Shown in pieces: positions 17,129 through 26,638 of a stretch of DNA of 60,996 bases (position 1 is the first letter of the stretch; every line of letters begins with the position of its first letter). Both the position numbers and the translations under genes were made by a program. Under the pieces are notes generated by a model that was not told where the DNA came from, searched no databases, and saw only the letters and a program-made list of their open reading frames with translations. The stretch is from a virus, in IMG/VR virus record IMGVR_UViG_2788500553_000001, positions 1-60,996 of that record. One strand, given 5' to 3'.

Positions 17129-17684
17129 CCGCGCTCACCTCCAGCAACGCCTGATTCACTTCGATGAGGCGATGCGCGCGGTGATGCGGCACGTCGACAT
17201 CGCGGTTATACGGCTGGTCGTAGACGACGACCGTGCCGGGGGCATCCCGCTCCGCGACCGCGGCGGGGAGCCGTGGATCGTCGTCGACGTACACATCGTA
17301 ATCGAGGGCGGCTTTCGACCCGTCGACGCGGACGAACTCATCGAACTCGATGCCGTGGTCATCGAGCCACCGACGCCGATACTGTTCAGCGCCTTTGTGG
17401 TCGGGGTACTTCGAGACGATGTCGAGCGTGTCGACCTCCGGATGCGTCTTGATACTGTACGTCTGGAAGCTCGGCGCCGGCTCCATCGGCTCGATCTCCT
17501 GATGCCGGAGCGTCCACGCGTGCCACAGCGCAGACAGGTACCGGGCCTCACCGAACTCCTCTAACCCCCACTCCCACGACTCGATATCGGCGTACGAGTA
17601 GTCGTGGTCGGGGCCGCAGATGAGGTCGAACGCGACGCGACACGTCGCCGCGATCGTCGAGTCGAGGTCGAGGGCCACTCTCAT
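17115..17684 (-). CDS. HAD-superfamily 5'(3')-deoxyribonucleotidase (NT5C-like)
   Basis: Motif I ALDLDST and motif IV YVDDDP. Confidence 0.8.
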   Translation of the reverse strand: MRVALDLDSTIAATCRVAFDLICGPDHDYSYADIESWEWGLEEFGEARYLSALWHAWTLRHQEIEPMEPAPSFQTYSIKTHPEVDTLDIVSKYPDHKGAEQYRRRWLDDHGIEFDEFVRVDGSKAALDYDVYVDDDPRLPAAVAERDAPGTVVVYDQPYNRDVDVPHHRAHRLIEVNQALLEVSADVGA

Positions 17685-18127
17685 CGGTGTTCACCGTAGT
17701 CGCCGACCGTCAGGTCGTCAGGGTCCGTCTCACCACGCTTTACCTGACACGCCGCGGCGATGCCGGCGTACCCCGCCACATCGCGCGGATGGTCGATATC
17801 GTACTCGCCGACCGCGTTACGGCTCATCTTCAGGATCGCCATCATGTACGCGACATCGAGGCCGGTGAGTTCCTCGTGCGACGCGAGGATGCCTTGGCCA
17901 CGGAGATACCACGTCCAACCGTCGGCGATGTGCTCTTGATTTTCGACGGCGTCGCCGTGCGTGTCCCGGTCCGAGTCGACGAGCCGGCCAACGTCTTCCA
18001 ACACGTCGCGCGCCAGTTCGTCGCCGGTCGATCCGGGCGCCGGCTCCGGCTGGCCGTGCGCCACGTCCTCAACGCCAGTCGGGTCGCCATTAGTCATCGC
18101 TCGGCACCCCTGCGAACGACGACTCAT
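17681..18127 (-). CDS. DUF6378-like nucleotide-modification-associated protein
   Basis: DRDTHGDAVEN...IADGWTWYL...DVAYMMAILKMSR...DVAGYA pattern. Confidence 0.7.
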   Translation of the reverse strand: MSRRSQGCRAMTNGDPTGVEDVAHGQPEPAPGSTGDELARDVLEDVGRLVDSDRDTHGDAVENQEHIADGWTWYLRGQGILASHEELTGLDVAYMMAILKMSRNAVGEYDIDHPRDVAGYAGIAAACQVKRGETDPDDLTVGDYGEHR

Positions 18128-18818
18128 CGATCAGACCGGCCCGCTCCGCGAGGCCCGACGCGGCGTAGAACACCGCGGTATCGCCGGCCGCGAACACCAT
18201 CTTAATGATGTACTCCGTCGTGATGATGGAGATCGTCACGGCGAACGGCACGGTCGTTCCGCCAAACACCGGCGGCAGGATGATGAACGCGAGCCACGTC
18301 CAGACGGCCGTATCGACAAGTTGGGAGGTGCCGGTGCTGATCATGTTCCGCGCCCACTTGTGCCGGAAGCCGGTAACGCGGCGGACCGCGTGAAACACCG
18401 AAACATCGATGTTCTGCGACAGGATCAGCGACAGGACCGATGCGGTGACGATCGAGTACGACCCGCTCAGCACGGCGGCAAACTCCGATGCGAGGGAGTA
18501 ATCGGCCGCGGCGGGCATCCACACCGCGAACGAAACCATCGCGAACGTCGCCGCCAACGCGATGATCGTCGCGTTCACGACTCGCCGCGCCGTCTTCTTG
18601 CCGTACACCTCACTCAGCAGGTCGGTCATCAGGAACGACACGCCGATCATGAACGCGCCGACCGATCCCGTCATCTCCCCGAGGATCGGGAAGTCGTACA
18701 CCGCGAGTTTCGTCGCGGTGATGTTGGCCGTGACGAGCGACGCCACGAACAGCGCCACGATCGTCATCTTTACGAACGATGCGTCAAACGTCGTCGACAG
18801 CTTGGATTTCACAGACAT
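18090..18818 (-). CDS. yhhQ: Queuosine-precursor (preQ0/preQ1) transporter, YhhQ/VUT family
   Basis: ANITATK, TDLLSEVYGKKTAR, SQNIDV, RN.IST..SQLVDT; multiple TM helices; start reassigned to MSVKSK, directly after the motif. Confidence 0.9.
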   Translation of the reverse strand: MSVKSKLSTTFDASFVKMTIVALFVASLVTANITATKLAVYDFPILGEMTGSVGAFMIGVSFLMTDLLSEVYGKKTARRVVNATIIALAATFAMVSFAVWMPAAADYSLASEFAAVLSGSYSIVTASVLSLILSQNIDVSVFHAVRRVTGFRHKWARNMISTGTSQLVDTAVWTWLAFIILPPVFGGTTVPFAVTISIITTEYIIKMVFAAGDTAVFYAASGLAERAGLIDESSFAGVPSDD

Positions 18819-18838
18819 GACCGGGGTAACGATGGGAT

Positions 18839-19255
18839 TCAATTCGCGGACGATTCGCCTCGGGCGCCGGACCGCAGGATCTCGCGGTCGATCGCGCCGA
18901 ACTCGACTGTCTCCTCGATGCCGCCACGTCGCGCCTGTTCGAGACGAACGTAACAGTCGACGAGGTCGGCCGTCTCGGTGATGTCGCGGTATATCTCAGC
19001 CCCGAGGTTCTCGGCGCTGATTTCCGCCTCGCGCCACGACTCGACGTATTGTTTCAGCGACTTCGACTCGATGCCGGACTCACCGGGGATGTACCGGATG
19101 ACGAGCCGGTAAAAGTCTGGGCCGCCGAAGTCGAACGGGCAAAACGCCGTCAACTCCTCCGTATCAAACGACACAACACGGCCAGCGTCGATCGACGGCG
19201 CCGCGATTTCTTCGAGTAGTGCGCCACGTTCGTTCTTGACTTCGTGTTCATACAT
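18839..19255 (-). CDS. queF: QueF-type preQ0 nitrile reductase (unimodular T-fold)
   Basis: Catalytic C...PDF (CPFDFGGPDF), QueF motif ESKSLKQY, C-terminal RGGI. Confidence 0.85.
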   Translation of the reverse strand: MYEHEVKNERGALLEEIAAPSIDAGRVVSFDTEELTAFCPFDFGGPDFYRLVIRYIPGESGIESKSLKQYVESWREAEISAENLGAEIYRDITETADLVDCYVRLEQARRGGIEETVEFGAIDREILRSGARGESSAN

Positions 19256-19288
19256 GAGTGACCGGGGTAACGGTGTCTCTCACTCAAT

Positions 19289-19639
19289 TCACGACATCTC
19301 GCCGCGTCGAACCGTTTTCGCCGTGGCCGGGCGCCGCTCGTCGCTCAGTGGTCCGTCGCCCGACTGCCGCCGGACAACCGTGAACACCGAATCACGGCCG
19401 AGCGACGCGGTGACATCGGCGAAGATGCGATCAACGACGGCCTCAACACTCTCTGCGTCATCGACATCCAACTCGCGGATGTACTCCTCGAACGCGCCGG
19501 CCCCGATCGACTCGCCATCGGGCGTAAACTCCACCTCGATCGTGAGTCGACCGAGTTTCGTCCCCTTCTCGCGTTCAAGCAGGACACGCCGGTCGGAATC
19601 GTCTATCTCGTACGTTTCGAGCGTGGTTTCTTGGGTCAT
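19289..19639 (-). CDS. Degenerate QueF-like T-fold paralog lacking the catalytic Cys
   Basis: IEVEFTPDGESIGAGAFEEYIRELD...SVEAVVDRIFADV aligns by eye with the QueF segment LVIRYIPGESGIESKSLKQYVESW...SAENLGAEIYRDI. Confidence 0.55.
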   Translation of the reverse strand: MTQETTLETYEIDDSDRRVLLEREKGTKLGRLTIEVEFTPDGESIGAGAFEEYIRELDVDDAESVEAVVDRIFADVTASLGRDSVFTVVRRQSGDGPLSDERRPATAKTVRRGEMS

Positions 19640-19714
19640 ACCACACCGGTATATTACACACGGGGAGGGTTACCTCACCCGCGTTACACACTTGGCAGTT
19701 CGTAAATCACCACG

Positions 19715-20974
19715 CTACCACGATGTCCCGGCCGCGGACTCCGCGAGCTGTGGCTCCTCGTCTTGGTCGATGTCTTCGTCAGCCCACGCCTCCATATCGT
19801 CGGTATCGATGCCCAACGCCTCGATCGCATCTTTCGAGAGGTCGTGGTCAAGCGCCAACTCCATGCGCTCGTCTTCATCGAGGCCACGGAGGATCGGGTA
19901 CACCCGCCGCTTGAACTCGTAATACGAGCCGGCGAACGTGAAACCGCGCTCGTCTTTCAACTCCTGATACACCGCCGCCTCGGGACTCGACCCGTCCGGC
20001 CCGTCCGTCGTCGACCGGAACCACGAGGGAAAGTTGACGTTGATGTAGCCGCCGTACGGCTCCGTCAACCGCGTCTCGGGCAACATCTCGACGAACGCAT
20101 AGGCGTAACGTTGGAACCGGAACTCCTGCCGCTCCCACGCTCGACCCGCCCACTCGTCGGCCGCCGCGAGCGCCTGATACGCGACGCCCTGCTCCAGTCC
20201 GCGAAACTCCGTCGTGATGTTCTCATCTGCCCAGAGAATCGCGTCGTCTGGCCGAGAGAACGTGTCGTCATCCGCGGCCAGGGCATCACGCCACGTCTCG
20301 GCATCGCCGCTCAGCAACGCGTCTATCGCCGAGAACTCGCCCTCGTCCCACGTCCGGCCATCGGCGCCGGCCGACCCACCGCCGGCGACGTGCTGGAGGT
20401 CGTTGATCGCCGAGCGGAGGTCGGGCCGCTCCGCGAGCCGCTTCAGCTCCGACGGCGCGAGGTCGATCCCTTCCGCTTCGGCGATCTCTTTGAGCTTCGC
20501 CTTCCGCGACCGCACGCCAAGCGAAAACTCCCGCACTTCGGCCGCCGATGTGATCGGGTCCGGCACCTCATACTTGTCGTTGGCCGTCAGGATGACCGGG
20601 TTCGACGGGTCGCGCAACTCCTCGTACAACGGCGAGAGATCGACCGCCGAGTGTTGCGAGTCCACCTCGTCGACGAGGACGAGTTGGTGGTCGGCCGTCG
20701 TCGGCGTCGACCGCATCGTCCGCGTGAACTGCGCGATATCGTCGCTCGTCCGCGCCGCCGACGCGTTGATCTCATGAAGCGGCCAGTCAAACGTGTCGGC
20801 CGTGACGTACGCCGTCGACGTCTTGCCCGTTCCGGGCGGGCCGACCAACAGTTGCGGCGGGTCGCCGGGCGACCAGTTGGCCGCCCAGTCACGGATCGCA
20901 TCGAGATCCTGATTGTTGCCCTGAAGTTCGTCGAACGTCTCGGGCCGGTACTTCTCGACGAGCTGCTCACTCAT
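19715..20974 (-). CDS. rfcL: Replication factor C large subunit
   Basis: LVEKYRP, GPPGTGKT, EINASAART, VLVDEVD, ILTAND, DLRSAINDLQ; start MSEQLV. Confidence 0.88.
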   Translation of the reverse strand: MSEQLVEKYRPETFDELQGNNQDLDAIRDWAANWSPGDPPQLLVGPPGTGKTSTAYVTADTFDWPLHEINASAARTSDDIAQFTRTMRSTPTTADHQLVLVDEVDSQHSAVDLSPLYEELRDPSNPVILTANDKYEVPDPITSAAEVREFSLGVRSRKAKLKEIAEAEGIDLAPSELKRLAERPDLRSAINDLQHVAGGGSAGADGRTWDEGEFSAIDALLSGDAETWRDALAADDDTFSRPDDAILWADENITTEFRGLEQGVAYQALAAADEWAGRAWERQEFRFQRYAYAFVEMLPETRLTEPYGGYINVNFPSWFRSTTDGPDGSSPEAAVYQELKDERGFTFAGSYYEFKRRVYPILRGLDEDERMELALDHDLSKDAIEALGIDTDDMEAWADEDIDQDEEPQLAESAAGTSW

Positions 20975-21080
20975 CGTTCGACCCCTCCGGCTCACCGCCA
21001 TCGGTCTGCGCCGCCCCCTCGACGCTCCGCAAGTACGCGACCCACGGCACGCGGTCGTTGAGGTCGTCGGCATCAGGCAT
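20967..21080 (-). CDS. 37-aa acidic microprotein (not in ORF track)
   Basis: MPDADDLNDRVPWVAYLRSVEGAAQTDGGEPEGSNDE; fills the gap with overlapping start/stop codons. Confidence 0.45.
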   Translation of the reverse strand: MPDADDLNDRVPWVAYLRSVEGAAQTDGGEPEGSNDE

Positions 21081-21243
21081 CGCCTCCCACCTCAAGCTCG
21101 AGTTGCCGCTTCTTTTGAACGACCGTCCCGCAGGACCGCGAACAGGTCACGGTGTTTCGTCGCTGTGCGGCGGTGAACTCATCGCCGCAGACGACGCACG
21201 TTCGCTGCTCGTACTTCTCGCTGTCTACCGCTTGGGCTGACAT
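21073..21243 (-). CDS. Zinc-finger microprotein
   Basis: CVVCG...TCSRSC; start MSAQ, 3 nt after the TTACCCCGGTC motif. Confidence 0.65.
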   Translation of the reverse strand: MSAQAVDSEKYEQRTCVVCGDEFTAAQRRNTVTCSRSCGTVVQKKRQLELEVGGDA

Positions 21244-21271
21244 TTTGACCGGGGTAACGTGGATCGGTATT

Positions 21272-24013
21272 TTACCAGCCCCAATCCGAGGCCGTATCTT
21301 CGTCGGCATCCGCAACGGCGCCCTGATCGTCGGTGTTCCACTCACCCGACCAGTCGCCGCCCGCGGCGCTCGTCGTCTGTGCGCCTTGCTTGAGTTCGGT
21401 CCACCGCCATCCGACCTCGTCGAGAATCGGTTCGAGCGGACTTTCTAACGCTCGTTCGAGGTGTTTGTCGATATCGAGGTCGAAGCCGTCAGGCACGTCA
21501 TCTGTCCAGTCAAGCGCCAAAACGTCGGTGCCGGGCGCCATCGTCGGCGTCGACTCTACGAAATACATCCACGGGTCGTCTCCAACACGCCAGTCAGCAT
21601 CGAGCGTCTGATTCGCGTACCGACAGGCACGGGCGACCTGCGTATTCCCGTAGTCGTCGAGCGGCTGCCCGAGCGACGACGGTAACGCGATCTCGTACGG
21701 CTCGATGTCGCCCGCCTCGATGTCGTCGATCAGGCCGCGGATGTACGCCGAAACCTCGTCGAACGACTCTCCAGCAAGGATGCGGTTGATCACCTCGGGC
21801 TGTGCGCGTTCAGTCAACTCCGGCGCGTCGGACCGCTGCGCCTCGAACCCCGTCGTATCGATATCACCGTCGACACGCTTGCCTTCCGTCCAGACGATCC
21901 GGCCGGCATACCGCTTTTTACTGCCGGCTTGGATGAACCGCCGGTAAAGCTTCTCGAACTCGTACACCAGCGCGTGCCGATCGGTGCCGTGTAACTCTCC
22001 GTCCGCGTCGAGGTATGGATGGGTGCCGGTGAGGTTCGAGGCGGCGACGCATCGATCCATGCCCTCGTTGATGTGTGCCTCTAACTCGTGTCCGCGGTCG
22101 AGGGCGGTTTCGATGTCTTCGTCCGGCTCCGCGAGCGATACGAGGACCGAGTCCGTATCTCCGTAAATCGTCTCGTAACCGCGTTTTTCGGCGATTTCCT
22201 TGCCCATCCACAGCGCATATCGCGCGGCGGACGTGACGGCGTCACCGAGGCCGTACTGCCCGAGGCGCCAGTAGTTATTCGACATCACCCCGTAGAACGA
22301 GTTCATCACGACCTTGATCGCCGCCTGTTTCCGGTCGTACACGCCGTACAACTCGTCTTCCGGGTCGTTCTCGTCGCGAAGCCGCTTGAACTTCGCTCGG
22401 CGCGGGAAGAGCCGGCGCAGATACTTCGGGATGAGCCCCTCGGTCGACAGGTCCGACCACATCGTATCGAAGCCGATCGCGTCATGGCCGAACTCCCCGC
22501 CGTCGGCCTCGTCGGCGTTCGGGAGCCACGGGATATCGATCGTCTGCGGCACCGGGCCGGGTTCCATGTCGTCGTAGAAGTGCGTTGTCTCGGGGCTGAT
22601 ATTCCACGTAATAATGACCGAGGGATACAGCGACTTGAGGTCGACCACACCGACCCACTCCTCGATGCCGTCGGCCGGCGTCAGCACCAGTCCGCCGTCG
22701 TTCGGCGGGATGTCCGACTCCTCCATCGACGGCAGAATCTCGGCGTCGCTCGACTGCGACATGAGGTAACCGTCGACGAGCCGCATCGTCTGCGACGTAT
22801 CCGACAGCTCCACCTGACACAACTCGGCGAGTTCGAGGTGAAACTCGTGGATCGCCTCGTGGCGATCGAGCGCGACCGTCAGCGCCACGTCGATAATATT
22901 GTACGCGAGCAGGTCAGACGGCCGGTTCTCGAACGCGTCGGTGATATCGACGTTCGGCATCTTCCCCACGTCCAACTTCCGCTTGGCGACGTAGTCGAGG
23001 CCTTTTGAGCGCCACTCGCCGAACGACATCGTCTCGGTGAAGCCGTCCATCATGTCGAACGCGGGGAGGCCGTCGACCATCCGCGGCAGCTTCCGCCGGC
23101 GCGACGCGTAGCCCGTATCAGACAGTTCGTGGCGAGTCACGTCGCCGAGGTCCAACTCCGCCATCCGACCGAGCAGGTAGTCCCAGTCAAACTCCACCCA
23201 GTTCCACCCGCTCGTCACATCCGGCCGCCGTTTCTCGACGAGCCGGATAAACCCGCGTAACAACGCGCTCTCGTCGTCAAACCGACGGAGGGTAATGGGC
23301 CGGTCGACTTCCTCGGCTACCGCGTCTGCGTCGAGATGCGCGTTTAACGCGTCGCTGACCGCGTCGGGTTCGACCGCGCCGTCGGGATCGAGGTACAACG
23401 CGATGTACTCGTCTTCGTACGAGTCCCACGCCGTGATATGGCTAATTGGCTGGCTATACTCATCGAGGAGTTCGGGGATCGTCAGCCCCGCGTCGAACTG
23501 TAACACCTCGATATCTGCGATCAGGAGACGGGGTTCAATCGGGTCCGACGGCATCGCCGGGTCCGTCTCAATCGCGTCGATCGAGCAGCGACGCGTCTCC
23601 GGCACGCGGATGTACCCGGAGAGGTCGTAGTCGATCGTACACCGGCGGTAGTACGGGATGTCCGCCTCATGGTCGTCATCGACTGCGTCGGCCAACTCGC
23701 CGGCGTGTTGCGGCGTCAGCGTGTCGACGCGGGAGAGCGGTTTTCCGTCGTACGACTCGAAGCCACTCGTCACGTCACGAACGCGTTTGTCGTCAGAAAC
23801 AGCATCGACTTCGTCGTCAGGAACGTACAGGTACGGCACCGTGCCGTCAATTTGTATCGTCCGCCGATCTCCACACTCGTCGCGACCGGCGGCGGTCACT
23901 ACGATCGTCCCGTCGTCCTCGATGTCGTGGCTCAGCGACGTGACGCGCATCAGCACGTCACGCTCGTCAGCCACGGATGAGCCCGACCGGGGTTCTTGGG
24001 CCATCGTCGTCAT
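21272..24013 (-). CDS. polB: Family B DNA polymerase with 3'-5' exonuclease
   Basis: Exo I DIE, exo II GWN...FDWDYL, YNIID; polymerase motifs DLKSLYPS, KVVMNSFYG, YGDTDS. Confidence 0.97.
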   Translation of the reverse strand: MTTMAQEPRSGSSVADERDVLMRVTSLSHDIEDDGTIVVTAAGRDECGDRRTIQIDGTVPYLYVPDDEVDAVSDDKRVRDVTSGFESYDGKPLSRVDTLTPQHAGELADAVDDDHEADIPYYRRCTIDYDLSGYIRVPETRRCSIDAIETDPAMPSDPIEPRLLIADIEVLQFDAGLTIPELLDEYSQPISHITAWDSYEDEYIALYLDPDGAVEPDAVSDALNAHLDADAVAEEVDRPITLRRFDDESALLRGFIRLVEKRRPDVTSGWNWVEFDWDYLLGRMAELDLGDVTRHELSDTGYASRRRKLPRMVDGLPAFDMMDGFTETMSFGEWRSKGLDYVAKRKLDVGKMPNVDITDAFENRPSDLLAYNIIDVALTVALDRHEAIHEFHLELAELCQVELSDTSQTMRLVDGYLMSQSSDAEILPSMEESDIPPNDGGLVLTPADGIEEWVGVVDLKSLYPSVIITWNISPETTHFYDDMEPGPVPQTIDIPWLPNADEADGGEFGHDAIGFDTMWSDLSTEGLIPKYLRRLFPRRAKFKRLRDENDPEDELYGVYDRKQAAIKVVMNSFYGVMSNNYWRLGQYGLGDAVTSAARYALWMGKEIAEKRGYETIYGDTDSVLVSLAEPDEDIETALDRGHELEAHINEGMDRCVAASNLTGTHPYLDADGELHGTDRHALVYEFEKLYRRFIQAGSKKRYAGRIVWTEGKRVDGDIDTTGFEAQRSDAPELTERAQPEVINRILAGESFDEVSAYIRGLIDDIEAGDIEPYEIALPSSLGQPLDDYGNTQVARACRYANQTLDADWRVGDDPWMYFVESTPTMAPGTDVLALDWTDDVPDGFDLDIDKHLERALESPLEPILDEVGWRWTELKQGAQTTSAAGGDWSGEWNTDDQGAVADADEDTASDWGW

Positions 24014-24075
24014 TATCTGGGACAATTGAATTTTAACCTCGCGTGTTACCTAATGGCTGATTCGTATATTACCGG

Positions 24076-24912
24076 TCAATATTGCTCGTACGGCACGGTG
24101 CCGGCGCCGGCGTCTGCCGCCGGACAGTACACCTCGTACGGGCAGACCGACCGACAGTAACTTCCCGTCGATGCCGGGAACTGCCCGGACTCTTCGGCCT
24201 CGACGAGTCGACGGGCGTAGTCGGTCATGTACTCCCACACCTCATCGCTCGGCTCAACCGACCGAACCCGCTCTTCTTTGAGGTACACGAACCGCACCGA
24301 CTCGGGCGGCTCCCCGTACTCGGCGAGGTACGCGCCCATATACACCGCCCCCTGTATCTTCTCTTGGTGCGAGGTGTAGTCACGGATTGAGCCCGTCTTC
24401 CAATCGATCAGGCCGTCATCGGTCACGAGGTCCATGATCGCGGTGGTCGGTACCGGGTCGGGAATGTCGATCCCGAACTCGACCCGCTGCTCGACGCCGC
24501 GAACGCTGGGCTGATCGTTGGCGATGAACCGCGCGGCGGTCCGCATACAGTCGGCACCGGTCGACAACTTCTCGTCTGGCACGCTATACTGTGTTTTCGA
24601 TTCGAACGCCGCGAGGAGCTCCGATTCGAGGATGTCCTGCCGGTCGAGCGGCGCCCGGTCCTCGGCGATCACATCCTCGATCGCCTCGTGAACACGACTA
24701 CCAAACCGGAGCGGAACGCCCGGCGGCTCGACATCCTCATGATCGGAGATGTACTTGAACCAGTACGACAGCGGACACCTCGCGAACGTCTTGATACGCG
24801 ACGCTGATAACTTCGTATCCCGGTCGGGCGTGTCTGAAGTCACGTCCGACTGGAAATCAAGCGTCCACGTATTTGGGTCGAGCGTCGCCGGCACGTCCGA
24901 ATCTTCGGGCAT
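24076..24912 (-). CDS. Cas4/RecB-like PD-(D/E)XK exonuclease with Fe-S cysteines
   Basis: LSASRI..F..CP, GSRVH, MDL...IDWKTG, Q..VY, C..VCPY...C. Confidence 0.85.
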   Translation of the reverse strand: MPEDSDVPATLDPNTWTLDFQSDVTSDTPDRDTKLSASRIKTFARCPLSYWFKYISDHEDVEPPGVPLRFGSRVHEAIEDVIAEDRAPLDRQDILESELLAAFESKTQYSVPDEKLSTGADCMRTAARFIANDQPSVRGVEQRVEFGIDIPDPVPTTAIMDLVTDDGLIDWKTGSIRDYTSHQEKIQGAVYMGAYLAEYGEPPESVRFVYLKEERVRSVEPSDEVWEYMTDYARRLVEAEESGQFPASTGSYCRSVCPYEVYCPAADAGAGTVPYEQY

Positions 24913-25499
24913 TACCATGTCACCTCCGCGGCGGAGTTGAGGTCGTGGCCGTCGACCGCGAGCCACAGCTCACCGAACGACGACAGCGCGGCGAGGTAGT
25001 CATCGGGCAGGGCGTCGACGCCCCAGACGACGATCGCCGAATCAAACGTGGCGGTAAACTCCGTATTGTAGAACGATATCGCCGACTTCACCTCGCACTT
25101 CAGGTCCGCCTGCGCGTAATGTGACTGAAACCACTCCGTCTCGGCGTTATTCGGCACGAGCGCGGTAATGGAGTCGACCGCGTCGCGGTTCGCTTCCTCC
25201 CACGCCTTTCGCGCCCATCGCTCGTTAATACCGCGGCCGTACGGCGGATTCATCCAGACGTGGCCGAACCACGACTGCTTTAGCCCGTCGTCTTCCTCCG
25301 TATATCGCGTCTCGGCGTACGGCCGCGGCTCAGCTCCGCTCGCCGGATCGAGGTCGTACAACTCCTGATCGAGGGCGTCGAGCAACGGCTCAACGAGCCA
25401 CGTCGGCGTTCCAAACTCGTCGCCCGAGTTAGAGTCTCCGAAGAACTCACCTCCCCGGAAGTGTTCATGTCCGTCGACTTGATCTTCAGAGTCACTCAT
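24912..25499 (-). CDS. Phage-type DNA N6-adenine methyltransferase
   Basis: DEFGTP, LDPAS, VWMNPPYG (PF05869-like). Confidence 0.85.
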   Translation of the reverse strand: MSDSEDQVDGHEHFRGGEFFGDSNSGDEFGTPTWLVEPLLDALDQELYDLDPASGAEPRPYAETRYTEEDDGLKQSWFGHVWMNPPYGRGINERWARKAWEEANRDAVDSITALVPNNAETEWFQSHYAQADLKCEVKSAISFYNTEFTATFDSAIVVWGVDALPDDYLAALSSFGELWLAVDGHDLNSAAEVTW

Positions 25500-26496
25500 A
25501 ATTCTCTTCGGTCGGGTAACTGTCGCCGAGCGTGAGGTGACGAGCGACTCGCACGTCGGCGAGGAAACTGTGGAACTGTACCGACGGGTTCGACGCCCGG
25601 CGCACGCGCCACTCCACGTCCGCTAATTTCTCTAACAGCTTCATCTTCGCCGGCGCCGGGATGTCGTCGCGACCTTTGATCACCCGCAGGAACGACTCCG
25701 CGAGGAGTTCGACGTTGGCGCCCTCCTTCAGTAGCTTATCATCGAGGAGGTACATCGCCGTATCGACATCGCCCTCCATCGCCTTCTGGAGAATCGTTCC
25801 GACGAGGTCGTCGTCGACGATGCCGACGATACTCGACACGACATCCTCGGTCACCTCACCCTCGATCGCGGCCGACTGAAGCGCGTTGATCGCCGACCGC
25901 ATATCGCCGCGGGCATCGCGGGCCAACGCCTCGATCGCGTCTGGCTCGTAGTCGACGCCCTCGGCCTCCGCGATCTCGATTAGCGTGGCGGTGACCTGCT
26001 CGTCGGTGAGCCGACTGAACCTGAACATCGAACACCGACTCTGAATCGGGCTGATCACCTGCGACGGGTAGTTGACCGACAGGGCGAAGCGCGTCACATC
26101 ATGGAAGTCCTCGAATATCCGACGTAACGCTGGCTGCGCGTCTCGGCTCAACTGATCGGCTTCATCGAGGAAGATGATTTTGTGGTCTGCGCCGCCCGTC
26201 GTCCCTTGCCGCGCGATACCTTTCACTTTGTCTCGGATGGTATCGATCCCACGCTCATCCGACGCGTTCAACTCCGTGAAGTGGTTTTTCCAGTTGTCAC
26301 CGTACTTCTCACGGGCGAGCGCGGTGATCGAGGCGGTTTTGCCGACGCCCGGCGGACCCGCGAGGATGAGGTGCGGCATCCCCGGATCGTCGACGTAATT
26401 CTTGAGCCGCTCAACGGCATCCTCGTTACCGACGATATCGTCGAGCGTCTGGGGTCTGAATTTTTCCGTCCACATCACTTCTCCTATTTTTGTCAT
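25492..26496 (-). CDS. rfcS: Replication factor C small subunit
   Basis: WTEKFRP, GPPGVGKT, ELNASDERGID, FLDEAD, IQSRC, GDMRSAIN. Confidence 0.95.
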   Translation of the reverse strand: MTKIGEVMWTEKFRPQTLDDIVGNEDAVERLKNYVDDPGMPHLILAGPPGVGKTASITALAREKYGDNWKNHFTELNASDERGIDTIRDKVKGIARQGTTGGADHKIIFLDEADQLSRDAQPALRRIFEDFHDVTRFALSVNYPSQVISPIQSRCSMFRFSRLTDEQVTATLIEIAEAEGVDYEPDAIEALARDARGDMRSAINALQSAAIEGEVTEDVVSSIVGIVDDDLVGTILQKAMEGDVDTAMYLLDDKLLKEGANVELLAESFLRVIKGRDDIPAPAKMKLLEKLADVEWRVRRASNPSVQFHSFLADVRVARHLTLGDSYPTEENYE

Positions 26497-26636
26497 GTAT
26501 CGTCACCTCGGGGTTCGAGTCGGTAGGTGGTCGGCAGGGCGGTACTCTCGATGTCGCTCTTAAGCACGACAGCCTCACCGTCGGCTAACCGCTCGATCGC
26601 GGTTTCGGGAATTTGGAGTGTTGTGTCGATTTCCAT
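26493..26636 (-). CDS. 47-aa microprotein (not in ORF track)
   Basis: MEIDTTLQIPETAIERLADGEAVVLKSD...; its stop overlaps the rfcS start. Confidence 0.5.
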   Translation of the reverse strand: MEIDTTLQIPETAIERLADGEAVVLKSDIESTALPTTYRLEPRGDDT

Positions 26637-26638
26637 GT

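Noticed and set aside
15503-19639. De novo preQ0 pathway (folE, queD, queE, queC)
   Set aside because: No radical-SAM CxxxCxxC, PP-loop or FolE motifs seen in the window.
24076-24912. Cas4-like gene as part of a CRISPR-Cas system
   Set aside because: Stand-alone Cas4/RecB-like nucleases are common next to viral polB; no cas1/cas2 or array.
25585-25599. T-arm-like CGGG-TTCGACG-CCCG
   Set aside because: Antisense within rfcS coding sequence, with no acceptor stem.
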